Shown: positions 62,036-64,000 of the stretch, one piece after another | Numbering within the stretch: position 1 is the stretch's first letter | Layout: each line of letters starts with the position of its first letter | Virus record (IMG/VR): IMGVR_UViG_3300044627_003100 | Direction: 5' to 3' (one strand) | From: an uncultured virus (IMG/VR IMGVR_UViG_3300044627_003100) | Taxonomy: Duplodnaviria > Heunggongvirae > Uroviricota > Caudoviricetes | DNA: 64,000 nucleotides | Notes under the pieces: generated by a model | Databases searched by the model: none | What the model was told of the DNA's origin: nothing | What the model saw: the letters and a program-made list of their open reading frames with translations, nothing else | Position numbers and translations under genes: made by a program

Positions 62036-62383
62036 TTATTTCTTAATTGTTGTATACACTCTCAAAATAAACTCGGCTGCCATTACAATAAATCCTAAAA
62101 GAGCAAGCCCCCAGTACACTTTCTTCTTAAATTCTTCAAGTTCTGCCACCTTTTTATCAAGAACATGAATTCTAGTCTTTTCAATATGTGTAATCTTTTC
62201 ATCAAAAGATTCTAAAAGTTTAACAAATCCACCCTGTTTTGTCAAAGCATTACCTAAAATAGCATCGACCACTTGTGTAAGCTTTGTATCCATGGAAGTG
62301 AGTTTTTCCTCCATATCTGTAAGACGTTGGTCCATACTTTTAAGTTCATCTTTTACTTGTTCTTCAAAATGTGTTGGTTCCAT
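62036..62383 (-). CDS. Coiled-coil protein with C-terminal TM (lysis accessory)
   Basis: Heptad pattern followed by WGLALLGFIVMAAEF. Confidence 0.55.
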   Translation of the reverse strand: MEPTHFEEQVKDELKSMDQRLTDMEEKLTSMDTKLTQVVDAILGNALTKQGGFVKLLESFDEKITHIEKTRIHVLDKKVAELEEFKKKVYWGLALLGFIVMAAEFILRVYTTIKK

Positions 62384-62405
62384 GATATTAAACTATTTTA
62401 ATATA

Positions 62406-62669
62406 TTAAGGTAGTTTAAACTCTAATACGCGACCATCAGAAGGTCTATGTAGTGTAATCATCAATGAGTTAGGTATAATCTTATTTTGATGATCAAGTC
62501 TAACAAAATACCTAAAACCATTACGATTGTTAGTATTTCCAGTGGTTGTTGGAATCTCAATTGTATTTGGAGGTATTGTGTTACTAAAATTAATACCCAT
62601 CATGGTTCCTGGAATAGGCCAACCATTTGAGTCTTTCTGAGCATAATACTTACTAATAGGATTAGACAT
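62406..62669 (-). CDS. Hypothetical protein
   Basis: 87 aa with two weak internal repeats. Confidence 0.55.
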   Translation of the reverse strand: MSNPISKYYAQKDSNGWPIPGTMMGINFSNTIPPNTIEIPTTTGNTNNRNGFRYFVRLDHQNKIIPNSLMITLHRPSDGRVLEFKLP

Positions 62670-62781
62670 GTTAAAATATTTTAATAAATTTAAAATATGT
62701 AAGAATAAAATAATCCCTACAATATAATATACAAAATATTCCAGAAGAAACCTATATTTGTAAGCAAAATTTTAAAAATAT

Positions 62782-63252
62782 ATGAATACTAAAACTTATG
62801 CTTTTATGTTAGAAAAAAAGTTAACTACTGAATTTAAAGAGAAATTCTGTGAAAAACTAGGTTACTATCCTATTGTAGTGACTAATGTAACCACAGATGC
62901 TAATGGAAACACCATTCCTATACTATCACTTGAAGATCTTGAAAACGTATTCACTCCTTTTTTACCACAACGAGGACACACTACTATTAGTTTAAAAGTA
63001 AAAAGAAGATTTAGAGAAGTGGTAGAACTTAGAAATATGTTTTGTCTTATGGCAAAAACAATGGGTTACACTCTTGATAAAATAGGACAATATTTAGGAA
63101 AAAGAGATCATACAACAGTGATACACAACATTAAAACATGTAAGATTCTTTTAGAGAATAATGCTCCTTTTCAAGAAACATATAAAAAAATAATTAAATT
63201 AATAAAAGAAACTTATGAGCCAGCAACTTTGGAACTCACTGATCAAGTATAA
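62782..63252 (+). CDS. DnaA C-terminal (domain IV)-like DNA-binding protein
   Basis: KRRFREVVELRNMF...IGQYLGKRDHTTVIHN. Confidence 0.8.
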   Translation: MNTKTYAFMLEKKLTTEFKEKFCEKLGYYPIVVTNVTTDANGNTIPILSLEDLENVFTPFLPQRGHTTISLKVKRRFREVVELRNMFCLMAKTMGYTLDKIGQYLGKRDHTTVIHNIKTCKILLENNAPFQETYKKIIKLIKETYEPATLELTDQV

Positions 63253-63793
63253 TATAAGCCCTAATCAACTTTATTTCCTTGACTGCCGTAGACATAAAAT
63301 AAAAACATGTAGTATTATAGATGATGAAAAAGAAAAAGAAATTGCAATAAAAAGAGGTCATTTAGATGAAAAAAATAATCTAAGTCACGGAGCTTTATTT
63401 ATACTTGATGAGTTTCAAACTTATCTTGTAAAATCAAAAAAGAAAGTGTCCTCAGAAGTATTAGGCGAAGATTCAGTAAAAAATATAAATACTTATAGAG
63501 AAATGTTTCCTGCTATAAGAATAGGTAAGGTGGGATTGCTTAGACAAACTGTACAAGAATTAAAAGATAAGTTTGTTTGGTTCTTTAAAACTTATCCAGA
63601 ATATGACTGGACCTTAGTATTAGATGCAACTGACTATTACATTTATATGAAACAAAAGGAGAATATGGAATATATAACTACCAGTAGTTATTTTATTCAG
63701 AGAACTGATGCAAGTACAAGAATAAATAGGTCACTCTTGGCAGATCATTGCCAAATGATTCTAGATAATCCTGAGATTTTATCTCAAAATTAA
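63215..63793 (+). CDS. Hypothetical replication-region protein
   Basis: YREMFP...FFKTYPEY...VLDATDYY; directly upstream of helicase. Confidence 0.55.
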   Translation: MSQQLWNSLIKYNISPNQLYFLDCRRHKIKTCSIIDDEKEKEIAIKRGHLDEKNNLSHGALFILDEFQTYLVKSKKKVSSEVLGEDSVKNINTYREMFPAIRIGKVGLLRQTVQELKDKFVWFFKTYPEYDWTLVLDATDYYIYMKQKENMEYITTSSYFIQRTDASTRINRSLLADHCQMILDNPEILSQN

Positions 63794-63851
63794 TTTATAA
63801 AATTATTTGATTTTAAATTTTATTTTGTATTTTTACAAACATATTATTAAT

Positions 63852-64000
63852 ATGAGCGAAGAACAAGAATACACGTCTAAGTTTAAACCTTTCTCTCAAG
63901 TTTTAGAAAAAGGTTTAAAATATGTACAGAAGAGAAAATCAGGAGAAATAAAAAGTTTAAGAACACCTTGGCCAAGCTTTAATAAAGCAGGTGTTGCAGG
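63852..64000 (+). CDS. DnaB-like helicase, 5' part (truncated by window)
   Basis: RKSGEIKSLRTPWPSFNKAGVAG resembles the segment preceding Walker A. Confidence 0.55.
   Translation, partial: MSEEQEYTSKFKPFSQVLEKGLKYVQKRKSGEIKSLRTPWPSFNKAGVA

Noticed and set aside
1..64000. Stop-codon reassignment as in some crAss-like phages
   Set aside because: Long genes are intact in the standard code, TAG and TGA end genes normally, and no suppressor tRNA is seen.
1..64000. CRISPR array, DGR or retron
   Set aside because: No regularly spaced repeats, reverse transcriptase or TR/VR pair recognised.

Overview
AT-rich 64-kb segment of a Crassvirales-like (crAss-like) Bacteroidota phage that appears to use the standard genetic code. 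Bases 1-21.8 kb (- strand) hold the virion/packaging module: tail fibre, conserved structural genes, major capsid protein, portal, TerL, a PD-(D/E)XK nuclease and an HU/IHF-like gene. This block ends in a tRNA-Trp/Cys/Gln operon. That operon is preceded by a 24-codon leader peptide containing Cys, Trp and Gln codons, a terminator and a competing antiterminator, i.e. an apparent ribosome-sensing attenuator controlling tRNA genes (top finding). After a strand switch at about 21.9 kb the + strand carries a dense ncRNA region (twister-like ribozyme, a divergent second copy, an oversized tRNA-like RNA, tmRNA). It also carries two MoxR AAA/vWA pairs, many small accessory genes, HNH-AP2 and GIY-YIG endonucleases, an SF2 helicase, and a uracil-DNA glycosylase split by a LAGLIDADG-containing group I intron. 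A lysis cassette (- strand) and the start of the replication module (DnaA-C-like, DnaB-like) close the window. All calls are by eye from motifs, base pairing and gene order; no searches were run.
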